Positions 55,816 to 64,000 of a DNA stretch of 64,000 nucleotides are shown in pieces; within the stretch, counting starts at the first letter, position 1, and every line of letters starts with the position of its first letter. The DNA lies in NCBI GenBank assembly GCA_022820995.1, contig JAJEEM010000059.1, positions 71,677 through 135,676 of the forward strand, read 5' to 3'. The notes below the pieces were generated by a model, which saw only the letters and a program-made list of their open reading frames with translations, searched no databases and was not told the origin of the DNA. The position numbers and the translations under genes are program-made. Source of the DNA: Gemmatimonadota bacterium. GTDB lineage: Bacteria > Gemmatimonadota > Gemmatimonadetes > Palauibacterales > Palauibacteraceae.

Positions 55816-56829
55816 TCAGTCGGGCTGGCCGTGGATCCACGTGGCCCAGGCGTCGACATCGGTGCCGAAGTCCTCGCCGCTGATGGCCTGGAGGAAGGCG
55901 ATGGCCGGCGCCCGGGTCCCGCGGTGCTCGGCGCCCGCGTACGCGAGCAGGAGGTCGGGCCGTTCGCGGGCCAGCCGCCGGCCGAACTCGGGCGTGATGC
56001 CCGTCGCGACGAGAACCCGGAGCGTCGTGCCGAACTGCGACGGGTGCGTCCCACCGAAGAGCGCGAGCAGAGGCTCTGCCGCGGGCGTCCAGTCCACCGT
56101 GCGCGCCGGGTCGCCCGAGGCGGTCAGCCCCCGGAGCACACCGCCGGCCATGTGGGCGACCCGGTCCACGGGATCCGTCGAGGAAAGGACGAGCGCGTGC
56201 CACGACGCGTCGTGATCCACGAAATTGCTGAGCACGAGCGTGGCGACTTCGCGCGTCTGCCACGAGACATCCCTCGCCAGAAGTTCGTGGGCGAGGCGGT
56301 CGTCGCGTCTCCGGTCCGCGCGGTCGAGCAGGCCCCAGACCTCAGCGAGCGTTTCGGCGTCGATTCCCATCCATCCGGCCACCTCGCCGGTGCGGTCGGC
56401 ATCGCCCCGCACGTAGAGCACCTGGGCCGCCATATTCAGCAGCCCGGGGTTCTCCTCCCCGATCGCCTTCAGGCTCTCCAGGGCCTCCGGCAGGACGAGG
56501 GTCTCGCTGCCGATCGTGCGAGCACGGACGTGTGTGGCGTCTTCCACGCCGACGACGATCGTGTAAACCTCGTCGGACCCCATGGTCCGGTACGACGTGG
56601 CGGCCGCGTCGGCAAATCCGAGTTCGCGCTCCATGACGGCCGCACAGGCGTGGAACGGCTGGTCGGGAGCCAGTTCCTGGATGGCGTTGAAGAGGTCCTG
56701 CGCGTTCCACTCCTTCAACCCGACGAACTCGACCGGTCCGTCGGGTCCTTCAATGACCTGCCCGCCGCTCGGGGCGGCCGTCACCGCAAGGAGCACGACC
56801 ATTCCGGGCACCACACGCGGGAGCGTCAT
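55816..56829 (-). CDS. hypothetical secreted protein
   Basis: MTLPRVVPGMVVLLAVTAAPSGGQ signal; no recognisable domain. Confidence 0.4.
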   Translation of the reverse strand: MTLPRVVPGMVVLLAVTAAPSGGQVIEGPDGPVEFVGLKEWNAQDLFNAIQELAPDQPFHACAAVMERELGFADAAATSYRTMGSDEVYTIVVGVEDATHVRARTIGSETLVLPEALESLKAIGEENPGLLNMAAQVLYVRGDADRTGEVAGWMGIDAETLAEVWGLLDRADRRRDDRLAHELLARDVSWQTREVATLVLSNFVDHDASWHALVLSSTDPVDRVAHMAGGVLRGLTASGDPARTVDWTPAAEPLLALFGGTHPSQFGTTLRVLVATGITPEFGRRLARERPDLLLAYAGAEHRGTRAPAIAFLQAISGEDFGTDVDAWATWIHGQPD

Positions 56830-56854
56830 CGCGACTCCTGTTGCTGCGTCTATC

Positions 56855-58708
56855 TCATCCGGGACTCTTCGGAACCGTATCGGTCGCCGGGGGACGCAGC
56901 AACGGCACGGTGTCGGTCGCCGGGGGGCGCAGCAGTTCGAGGAGGAAGTCGACGGCCTCTTCGGATTCGGTGCGGCCGAGCCAGTAGATGCCGCGCTCCC
57001 GCACTTCCTGATCCGGTTCGTTGCGGATCAGCTCCATCAGTACCCTCGGAGCGGCGGGGTCGGATCCGGCCCGCTGATAGATCGCGTAGATGGCCTGCCG
57101 CTTCAGGAAGGCCTCGGGCAGTTCCCCGTACAGGTCGGCGAGATACGCCACCGTCAACGTCGGGTGGGCCGCCCACGCGCTGAAGGCCGCGCCGCGCACG
57201 TTGCTGGCCACCTCCGGGTCGTACGCGACCAGTCGCGCCCATTCGGCGGTCTGCATGTCCTCCTTCTCCCTCACCTTGCGCGCCAGCGTGCGGAGCAGCG
57301 TCTCCTTGCGATCGTCCGAATCGAGCTGATCGTAGAGTCGAACGAGGACTCCGCCTTCCACGTGATCGAGGTCGCCCAGCGCAACGATCGCCTGGTAACG
57401 AATACGGTCCGACTTCGAGCGGTTGGCGGCCGCGCCGACGAGGGCGTTCTGGATCGCGGTCGGCGCCGACGCGTCCACCGCATACCGGCTGCTGCGGAGC
57501 CCGCCGATCGCGTCGCTCTGCTCGGCGTCGTCATCCGAATCCCGGAGGGTTATCGCGAGCACCCGGAACGCGGCCCGGGAGTTGAAACGCCACATTTCCT
57601 GAAGCGCGCTTCTGCGAACCGACTGCTCCGGATGGTTCGCGATGACGCCCAGGAGGACGCGCTCGGCTTCCTCGGTTTCCTCCCTCGCGATGAGCTCAAC
57701 CGCCTCATCGTGAAGCCGCATCGAGCACTCATCCTCGCGGGTCAGGACATCGCGCAGCACCTGCACCCGGTTGACGTCATCGAAGCGCATCACGGCCTCG
57801 AGCGCCGCCAGCTGCACCGACACGTCTTCGCACGCTTCCTGTTCCTGCGACGCGGCCCGCCGGGCCTCCTGGTACTCCGCCCACTGCCAATCGAGGTTCG
57901 AAGCCTCGCGCGCGTAGTCCGCAACCTGCTGCTCATAAGCCTGCCGCTCGTAGTCGGCCAGGGGATCCGCCTGATCCGCCAACCGCCGGACGTAGTCGGC
58001 CACGGGATCCGCCTGATCCGCCAACCGCCGGACATAGTCGGCCAGGGTCTGTCCCTCCGGCTCGCCCTGTACTTCGGCCAGCAACTCTGCGGCCACGGAG
58101 TCCGGCAGATCCGTCAGGTCGGCCGTCGACACTGGAAGCGAGAGGGTGCGGCCCCCCACCTCCATGGGCATCACGCGAAAGCCCGGCATCGGGGCGGCGA
58201 CGTCGAGCGTCTCCTCGGCCTCGCGCAGCAGCTGCTCCGCATCGCCGGCGTCGCCGCTCGACGCGAGCTGGCTTTTGATCTCGAAGTCCAGGGCCCGCGC
58301 GTCGTGGTACAGCCGTCCGGCGTCCCTGCCCATGCGGGGCACGGCCGGTCGCGCTTCGTCAAACCCGACCATCAGTATTTCCAGCAGCAACCGCGCTTCG
58401 GCCAGGTCGCCGAGGCGATAGCGGGCAAACGCTTCCCAGTAGTAGGAGTCGGGCTCGAACCGGGGTGTAACGAGCGGGGACTCGGTTCGTACGGCCTGGA
58501 AGAGCGCCACGGCGCGCTCGAACTCCTCCGCGTTGATGGCGCGACGCGCCTCGAGGAAACGCGCCACCTCCTCCTGCTGGACCGTCTGCGCGGCAAGGCC
58601 GTCCGCCCCGAACGCCCGCAGCGCATCGGGCGCGGGCGCGGCGTCCACGATGGCGAGACCGGCGAGCAGCAGCCCGGTCCAGGTCAAGTGTCTCACGCGG
58701 TCACTCAT
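56855..58708 (-). CDS. secreted HEAT/PBS-lyase-type repeat protein with C-terminal 11-aa tandem duplication
   Basis: MSDRVRHLTWTGLLLAGLAIVDA; ...QSVRRSALQEM / RYQAIVALGDL / VRERGIYWLGR HEAT-like units; C-terminus LLRPPATDTVPLLRPPATDTVP. Confidence 0.55.
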   Translation of the reverse strand: MSDRVRHLTWTGLLLAGLAIVDAAPAPDALRAFGADGLAAQTVQQEEVARFLEARRAINAEEFERAVALFQAVRTESPLVTPRFEPDSYYWEAFARYRLGDLAEARLLLEILMVGFDEARPAVPRMGRDAGRLYHDARALDFEIKSQLASSGDAGDAEQLLREAEETLDVAAPMPGFRVMPMEVGGRTLSLPVSTADLTDLPDSVAAELLAEVQGEPEGQTLADYVRRLADQADPVADYVRRLADQADPLADYERQAYEQQVADYAREASNLDWQWAEYQEARRAASQEQEACEDVSVQLAALEAVMRFDDVNRVQVLRDVLTREDECSMRLHDEAVELIAREETEEAERVLLGVIANHPEQSVRRSALQEMWRFNSRAAFRVLAITLRDSDDDAEQSDAIGGLRSSRYAVDASAPTAIQNALVGAAANRSKSDRIRYQAIVALGDLDHVEGGVLVRLYDQLDSDDRKETLLRTLARKVREKEDMQTAEWARLVAYDPEVASNVRGAAFSAWAAHPTLTVAYLADLYGELPEAFLKRQAIYAIYQRAGSDPAAPRVLMELIRNEPDQEVRERGIYWLGRTESEEAVDFLLELLRPPATDTVPLLRPPATDTVPKSPG

Positions 58709-58779
58709 GGTATGCCTCCGTACTCTCTGGTCGACTCCAAGATCGCTCTCCATCGTCCTGTATTGCGCTCGCATCCGGA

Positions 58780-59877
58780 TCACGTGCCGCTCGCGGACCG
58801 AAGCCGCATCAGCGTCCCCTGCCGTTCCATGCTCTCACGGGCCAGTTCGCGCTCGAAGTCCGGGGCGTCCGGGCCCAGGCGCGCGATCTGCACGAGGATG
58901 AGTTCGAGATCCTGAAGCAGCGTCCGCGCCTGCTGTCCGTCGGCGGCGGGCGTGGCGAGCCGTGAACGGGTCTCCACCAGCAGTTCGCGCGCCCACCGGG
59001 CAAGATCCTGCTGGGACTCGTCGGTGCCGATATCCGTGCGGAAGGCGACGAGCAGGGTGCGGGCGCGGTCGAGGTGTCCCGCCATGTCGTATTCGTCGGC
59101 TGCGGAGCGCAGCGCGGCGCCGGCGGGCCGTTGCGCCGTCGAACTGACCGCGGCGCCGACCGGCGGGTCCGCCTCGGGCCGGGCCGCCGCCGGGGCCGGA
59201 TCGGCTGCAGGCGGGGACCCGGCCGCCGCGAACTGCCGGTTCGTCTCCAGGGGCTCCTCGACGACGGAGAGCGCCAGCGCCTCCTCGGCGGCCGTCGGCG
59301 CGAGAGGTCCGGAGTCGGTCGCCGCGATCAACGGCGCGGCCGACGCAGCCGCTCCGACCGACGCCGGCGCCGCCGACGCCACCGTCTCGGGCTCGGCGGG
59401 CACCGGCAGCTGCGGGCCGCCGTCGAGCGCCACGGCGAGCGCGACCGAAGCGGCGGCGGCTCCCGTCAGCCATGCCGCTGTCCGGCCGGGTCGCCGCCCG
59501 AGCGTCCGGGCCACGACGAGCCGGAGCGGGCCGCGAGTCGCCTTGCGGTCGCCAGCGGTCTCCGGCTGCCTCGCGACCCATTCGGCCTCGATCCGTTCCC
59601 ACATCGCCTCGCGCGGCGCGGGCGGCGGGTCGTGGTAACCCAGCACATCGAACGGACGATCGACGTCGTCTCCGATGCAGTCCACGGCGTCCGCCATGCC
59701 CGCCAGGTCCGTCGACTCCGGCTCGTCGGACACCGGCGGCGCGCCGAGCCGCGTCTCGATCCCGGCCCACATCGCCTCGACCGGAGGCTCCGGCGGGTCG
59801 TGGTAGTCCGCCGCCTCCCGGCGGAGGAACCGGGCAAAGCGGCTCGCGTCGTCCATGCGATCCTTCAGCATGCCCAT
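58780..59877 (-). CDS. putative anti-sigma factor (single TM) with duplicated N-terminal YHDPPxxPxEAMWxxIE motif
   Basis: Overlaps ECF sigma gene by 13 nt; ADYHDPPEPPVEAMWAGIETRL ... LGYHDPPPAPREAMWERIEAEW; TM AAWLTGAAAASVALAVAL; no zinc-finger HxxxCxxC. Confidence 0.5.
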   Translation of the reverse strand: MGMLKDRMDDASRFARFLRREAADYHDPPEPPVEAMWAGIETRLGAPPVSDEPESTDLAGMADAVDCIGDDVDRPFDVLGYHDPPPAPREAMWERIEAEWVARQPETAGDRKATRGPLRLVVARTLGRRPGRTAAWLTGAAAASVALAVALDGGPQLPVPAEPETVASAAPASVGAAASAAPLIAATDSGPLAPTAAEEALALSVVEEPLETNRQFAAAGSPPAADPAPAAARPEADPPVGAAVSSTAQRPAGAALRSAADEYDMAGHLDRARTLLVAFRTDIGTDESQQDLARWARELLVETRSRLATPAADGQQARTLLQDLELILVQIARLGPDAPDFERELARESMERQGTLMRLRSASGT

Positions 59878-60404
59878 TCTCCCGCGAAGTCCGCGAGCTT
59901 CTCCCGCAGGCGGCTACGGGCCCGGAAGAGCTGCGACTTGGAGGTCCCGGCCTTGATCCCGAGCATCGCCCCGATCTCCTCGTGCGTGTAGCCCTCGAGG
60001 TCGTGCAGCAGGAAGACGGTTCGATAGCCCGCGGGAAGCTCGTCGATCGCGCGGTGCAGCCGATCCTTGACGTCGGGCTCGAGGCGGTTCGGGCCGCCGG
60101 TCGAGCGGAGGTCGTCGTGCAGCGCGGTCTCGCGGCTGCGGAAGTGCTTCACCTTGCGGAGTCCGTTCAGCGACACCGTCGTGGCGATCGATCCCAGCCA
60201 CGTCCCGAACGCGGCCTCGCCGCGAAACGTGTCGATCTTCGTGAACGCCCGCACGAACGTCTCCTGCGTGAAATCCTGGGCGAGATGATCCTCGCCCGCG
60301 AACCGGTAGCATATCCGGAATACGCGGTCCACGTGCGCGTCGTACAACGCACGCGCCGCGTCCTCGTCTCCGTCCCTGAGCCGCTGAATGAGTTGCGGTT
60401 CCGT
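59865..60404 (-). CDS. ECF-type sigma-70 family RNA polymerase sigma factor
   Basis: GTG 60404 (VTEPQLIQRLRDGDEDAARALYDAHVDRVFRICYRF...): region 2 FTQETFVRAF, region 4 AIDELPAGYRTVFLLHDLEGYTHEEIGAMLGIKAGTSKSQLFRAR. Confidence 0.8.
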   Translation of the reverse strand, partial: TEPQLIQRLRDGDEDAARALYDAHVDRVFRICYRFAGEDHLAQDFTQETFVRAFTKIDTFRGEAAFGTWLGSIATTVSLNGLRKVKHFRSRETALHDDLRSTGGPNRLEPDVKDRLHRAIDELPAGYRTVFLLHDLEGYTHEEIGAMLGIKAGTSKSQLFRARSRLREKLADFAGEWAC

Positions 60405-60637
60405 CACCGTGCCGGGATCTCCGGGTACACGTCGGTTCTTCCGCTTCCAGAACGGTGACACAGCCAAGGCGGGATTAGTTGCGCGGGGGTCTGGCGGATC
60501 GCCGGAGGGGGAATCGATGGGCGGACCCGCGGGGCGACCGGGCCGCGGCGAGGGTGCGCCGCGGCCGGTCGATCGGGGGCGGGGTTCCGGGAGGGGCCGA
60601 GACTCCCGGTCGGACGCCGGGCGCCCGGGCCCGCTAC

Positions 60638-61855
60638 TCAGGCGACGGCGACCGCCGCCCCCTGAATCACCTCGGCGATGTGTTCCAGCGCCCATTCGAG
60701 GCTGGCCTTTTCGATCGTGAGCGGAGGCGCGAAGCGGATCACCTGCTCGTGCGTCTCCTTGGCGAGGATCCCGCGCGCCTGCAGTTCCTCGCAGAACGGA
60801 CGCGCGTCCCCGGACTCGTCCCGGATCACGACGCCGATGAACAGGCCGCGTCCACGCACGTGATCCACGTGGGGAGAATCGATGGATTCCAGCTCCCGCT
60901 TGAACCAGGAGCCCAGTTCGTTCGACCGCTCGGCGAGCTCCTCATCCCGGATCACGTCCAGCGCCGCCATACCGACCGCCGCGGCGAGCGGATTCCCGCC
61001 GAACGTCGAGCCGTGGTCTCCCGGATGGAAGACGTCCATGATCTCGGAGTTCGCGAGGATCCCGGAGACGGGGAACACGCCCCCGCCGAGGGCCTTTCCG
61101 ACGATCATGATGTCGCCGCGGTCCCCCTCCCAGTCGGCGCAGAACAGCTTGCCGGTCCGCCCCAGACCCGTCTGGATCTCGTCGTTGATCATCAGGACGC
61201 CGTTCGCCCGGCAGATCTCGAGCGCCCGCGCATAGAAACCATCCGGCGGTACGACCACGCCCGCCTCGCCCTGGATCGGCTCGACGAGGAAGCCGACGGT
61301 GTTCTCCGTGATCGCCGCCTCGAGCGCGTCCGCGTCGCCGTAGGGGATCGGCACGAAGCCCGGCGTGAAGGGACCGAACCCGAAGGTCGACCCTTCGTCC
61401 GAGGAGAAGCCGACGATGGTCGTCGTCCGGCCGTGGAAATTCTGCTCGCAGACGATGATCTCCGCCCGGTCCTCCGCCACGCCCTTCACGGTGTAGCCCC
61501 ACTTGCGGGCCGCCTTGATCGCCGTCTCCACGCCCTCGGCGCCGGTGTTCATCGGCAGCGCGCGCTCGAACCCCGTCATCTCGCACAGCTGCTGGAGGAA
61601 CGGACCCATCCGGTCGTTGTGGAAGGCGCGCGACGTGAGCGTGAGCTTCTCCGCCTGCGCGCGCAGCGCCTCGATGATGCGGGGGTGACGGTGTCCCTGG
61701 TTCACGGCGGAATAGGCGCTCAGCATGTCGAGGTACTTCCTGCCCTCGACGTCCCACACCCACTCGCCTTCGCCGCGCTCGAGCACGACGGGAAGCGGGT
61801 GGTAGTTGTGGGCGCTCCACTTGTCGACCTGAGAGATGTAATCGCTGGTGTTCAT
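60638..61855 (-). CDS. rocD: ornithine--oxo-acid aminotransferase
   Basis: ATG 61855 (MNTSDYISQVDKWSAHNYHPLPVVLERGEGEWVWDVEGRKYLDMLSAYSAVNQGH...), DEIQTGLGRTGK (AT-III PLP Lys). Confidence 0.85.
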   Translation of the reverse strand: MNTSDYISQVDKWSAHNYHPLPVVLERGEGEWVWDVEGRKYLDMLSAYSAVNQGHRHPRIIEALRAQAEKLTLTSRAFHNDRMGPFLQQLCEMTGFERALPMNTGAEGVETAIKAARKWGYTVKGVAEDRAEIIVCEQNFHGRTTTIVGFSSDEGSTFGFGPFTPGFVPIPYGDADALEAAITENTVGFLVEPIQGEAGVVVPPDGFYARALEICRANGVLMINDEIQTGLGRTGKLFCADWEGDRGDIMIVGKALGGGVFPVSGILANSEIMDVFHPGDHGSTFGGNPLAAAVGMAALDVIRDEELAERSNELGSWFKRELESIDSPHVDHVRGRGLFIGVVIRDESGDARPFCEELQARGILAKETHEQVIRFAPPLTIEKASLEWALEHIAEVIQGAAVAVA

Positions 61856-62067
61856 CGCTTCCTCATTGGGCTGCCGAGCAATCCTCGGCCCGCGGTTGGA
61901 GCTGAACCCCGTCGGGGGACGGGAACCGTTCTCGCCGGATCGCACCCGATTGAACCCCGGATCGAACCGGACCTGAAAGGGTAGGCATCGATCCGACCCC
62001 CGACAAGGTGGGCGGCCGCGCCGCCGCCGGGCGCCCGTCGCGGGCGGCGGGCTGCTACCTTGGGCGC

Positions 62068-63555
62068 ATGAGCGACGCCTCCGCCATCCCCGACTTTACC
62101 GAATTCTCCCGCCTTGCCGAGCCCGGGCGGATGGTTCCCGTGGCCATCGAAATCCCGTTCGATCTGGACACTCCGGTCACGGCGTTCTCGAAGCTGCGAC
62201 GCGGCCCGTTCTCCTTCCTGCTCGAGTCGGTCGAGGGAGGGGAGCGCTGGGCGCGATTCAGCTTCGTCGGCTCCGAACCCCGGGAAGCGTGGCGACTCGA
62301 CGGTTCGGAGATCCGGCTGTGGACGGCCGCGGGGGGCTGGGGCGAGCCCGAGACCACGAATGATCCCTTCGGCGCCTTCGAGGCCTGGATCACCCGCTAC
62401 GAACCGGTCGAACTCTCCTCCCTGCCGCCGTTCTGGGGCGGGGCCGTCGGTTTCTTCGGTTACGACACGGTGCGCTGGATCGAGCGGCTGCCCGACGCGC
62501 CGCCGGACGACCTCGGCGTGCCGGACGCCTGCTTCATGGCGACGGAGCGCATGCTCATCGTCGACAACCTGTATTCCCGCGCCTTCGCCGTCGCGGCCGT
62601 GCCGGTCACGCCCAACGACGACCCGGCCGAGCTGTACGGGGACGCCGTGGACCGACTCGCCGACTGGGTGCGCGGCCTGGAGAGACCGCACGGGCTGGGG
62701 CCGCTCGGCAACGGCGGGGAGACGAGCACGCCGGAGGTGGTCGGAAACCGCTCGCGGGACGACTACGAGGCGGCCGTCGAGCGCATCCGCGAGTACATCG
62801 TGGCGGGCGACGCGTACCAGGTCGTGGTCTCGCAGCGCGCCGGCGCCCGTTACGCGGGCGATCCCCTGGAACTCTACCGCGCCCTCCGCCGCAGCAATCC
62901 ATCCCCCTATCTCTTCTTCATCGAACTGGACGGCATGCGCCTCATCGGCTCGTCCCCCGAGACACTCGTCCGGGTGGAAGACGGGATCGTGACCGTCCGC
63001 CCGATCGCCGGGACGCGTCCGCGCGGAGCCACGCCGCGCGAGGACGAACGGCACGCGCGCGAGTTGCTCGCCGACGAGAAGGAGCGGGCGGAACACCTCA
63101 TGCTCGTGGATCTCGGCCGCAACGATGTGAGCCGGGTCGCCCGTCCCGGCTCAGTCGAGGTGTCGCGCTTCATGGAGATCGAGCGCTACAGCCACGTCAT
63201 GCACCTCGTGAGCGAGGTGGCCGGGTCGCTGAAGGTCGGAGCCGACGCCGTCGATGCCTTCAAGGCCTGCTTCCCCGCCGGCACGCTCACCGGCGCCCCG
63301 AAGGTGCGCGCGATGGAGATCGTCGATGAACTCGAACCGACGCGGCGCGGGCCCTACGGGGGGGCGGCGGGCTACGTCGGTTACGGCGCGACGAGCCTCG
63401 ACATGGCCATCGTGATCCGCACGCTGCTCTCCGTCGGGGACCGCGTGTACGCGCAGGCCGGAGCCGGGATCGTCTACGACTCGGAACCGGCGCGCGAGTG
63501 GGAAGAGACCCGCCACAAGGCCCGCGTCCTCCTGGAGGCCCTGACCAAGGTCTAG
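62068..63555 (+). CDS. trpE: anthranilate synthase component I
   Basis: ...LLESVEGGERWARFSFVG..., PETLVRVEDGIVTVRPIAGTRPRG, GAAGYVGYGATSLDMAIVIRT (chorismate-binding). Confidence 0.9.
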   Translation: MSDASAIPDFTEFSRLAEPGRMVPVAIEIPFDLDTPVTAFSKLRRGPFSFLLESVEGGERWARFSFVGSEPREAWRLDGSEIRLWTAAGGWGEPETTNDPFGAFEAWITRYEPVELSSLPPFWGGAVGFFGYDTVRWIERLPDAPPDDLGVPDACFMATERMLIVDNLYSRAFAVAAVPVTPNDDPAELYGDAVDRLADWVRGLERPHGLGPLGNGGETSTPEVVGNRSRDDYEAAVERIREYIVAGDAYQVVVSQRAGARYAGDPLELYRALRRSNPSPYLFFIELDGMRLIGSSPETLVRVEDGIVTVRPIAGTRPRGATPREDERHARELLADEKERAEHLMLVDLGRNDVSRVARPGSVEVSRFMEIERYSHVMHLVSEVAGSLKVGADAVDAFKACFPAGTLTGAPKVRAMEIVDELEPTRRGPYGGAAGYVGYGATSLDMAIVIRTLLSVGDRVYAQAGAGIVYDSEPAREWEETRHKARVLLEALTKV

Positions 63556-63607
63556 CGGGTTGGGTCGCGCGGTTCCGTAGCTACGGGAGCATGGCGCGGG
63601 AATGCGG

Positions 63608-64000
63608 CTACCGTACGTTTCCGGTTCTCCGGCTCAGACAGGCAATGCAAGTGCAATGCGGATTGCCCAGTTCCTTGTGGGCAAGCCCGTGAACGACCCC
63701 GTCTTCGGCGTCGAACTTGTGCCCGATTCGATCCAGATACTGTGTGTCCCCCGCCTGGTATCGCCGGAATACGGCATAGGCAACGTGATCGGCGAGCTGG
63801 ATGACGCGCGAGGCACGAGAATCCACGAACAATGGCGTGTCCGCCAAGAGCCTAATGACGCCCCAGCGGGTCCCGAGCGTCCGAAACCCGACCGCCATCT
63901 GCTGAAGCGTCGTCTCGTGGGCACTCTTGTCGAGGATCACGAGGCCGCGTTGCGTGTCCCCGCCAGCCCTCAGCCGCTGGAGGTAACGATCGAATCTGCT
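63608..64000 (-). CDS. DUF3800-like protein, partial (N-terminus beyond window end); lower GC
   Basis: Frame open to position 64000: ...SRASRVIQLADHVAYAVFRRYQAGD... resembles DUF3800 C-terminal S..s.iQlADl motif; Cys/His cluster HCTCIAC. Confidence 0.35.
   Translation of the reverse strand, partial: SRFDRYLQRLRAGGDTQRGLVILDKSAHETTLQQMAVGFRTLGTRWGVIRLLADTPLFVDSRASRVIQLADHVAYAVFRRYQAGDTQYLDRIGHKFDAEDGVVHGLAHKELGNPHCTCIACLSRRTGNVR

Noticed and set aside
60405-60637. ECF-type GGAAC-N16-CGTC autoregulated promoter upstream of the sigma gene
   Set aside because: GGAAC and CGTC both occur, but in the wrong order and spacing on the coding orientation. No confident call.
61856-62067. Trp leader peptide/attenuator upstream of trpE
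   Set aside because: No short ORF with tandem Trp codons and no alternative terminator/antiterminator pair is visible. The region is a shared divergent promoter with rocD.

Overview
High-GC (about 70% by eye) bacterial chromosomal segment. The gene content (many lipoproteins, TAT-signal proteins, TonB/FtsX/TolB-like genes) suggests a didermic Gram-negative organism, possibly Gemmatimonadota-like; taxonomy is a guess. Roughly 50 genes are supported.

Housekeeping genes: carB, the argG-argH-argR operon, trpE, ornithine aminotransferase, dinB, and a crotonase gene fragment at the left edge.

Accessory genes: two TolB-propeller/S9 peptidase paralogs; an LVIVD-propeller plus Big_2 lipoprotein operon; tandem DUF2723 GT-C-like paralogs; a cluster of five 6-bladed beta-propeller lipoprotein paralogs; a DUF3299-ABC-FtsX exporter; and an ECF sigma / anti-sigma / HEAT-repeat operon.

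Most notable observations:
(1) A lipoprotein PRX-like2 redoxin carries an in-frame TGA exactly where the first Cys of the CxxC motif belongs (W-U-P-Y-C), with a stem-loop 15 nt downstream. This is a candidate selenoprotein.
(2) A 1056-aa tri-domain fusion: hydroxylysine-kinase-like APH phosphotransferase + M23 peptidase + class-III aminotransferase.
(3) A small defence/TA island: AAA+ ATPase (DUF4143), an RHH antitoxin with an operator palindrome, and a PIN toxin whose only ATG is 1 nt out of frame. A separate MNT-HEPN pair lies elsewhere.
(4) A periplasmic, all-TAT-signal GMC oxidoreductase (small + large subunit) divergent from two xylose-isomerase-like TIM-barrel proteins. This looks like a 3-keto-glycoside pathway.
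(5) A lower-GC HEPN/Abi_2-like gene inserted inside the beta-propeller paralog cluster. The two flanking operons share a conserved hairpin-containing 5' element.
(6) A near-consensus sigma70 promoter overlapping an ARG-box-like site upstream of argGHR.

The many long antisense ORFs are treated as GC artefacts.
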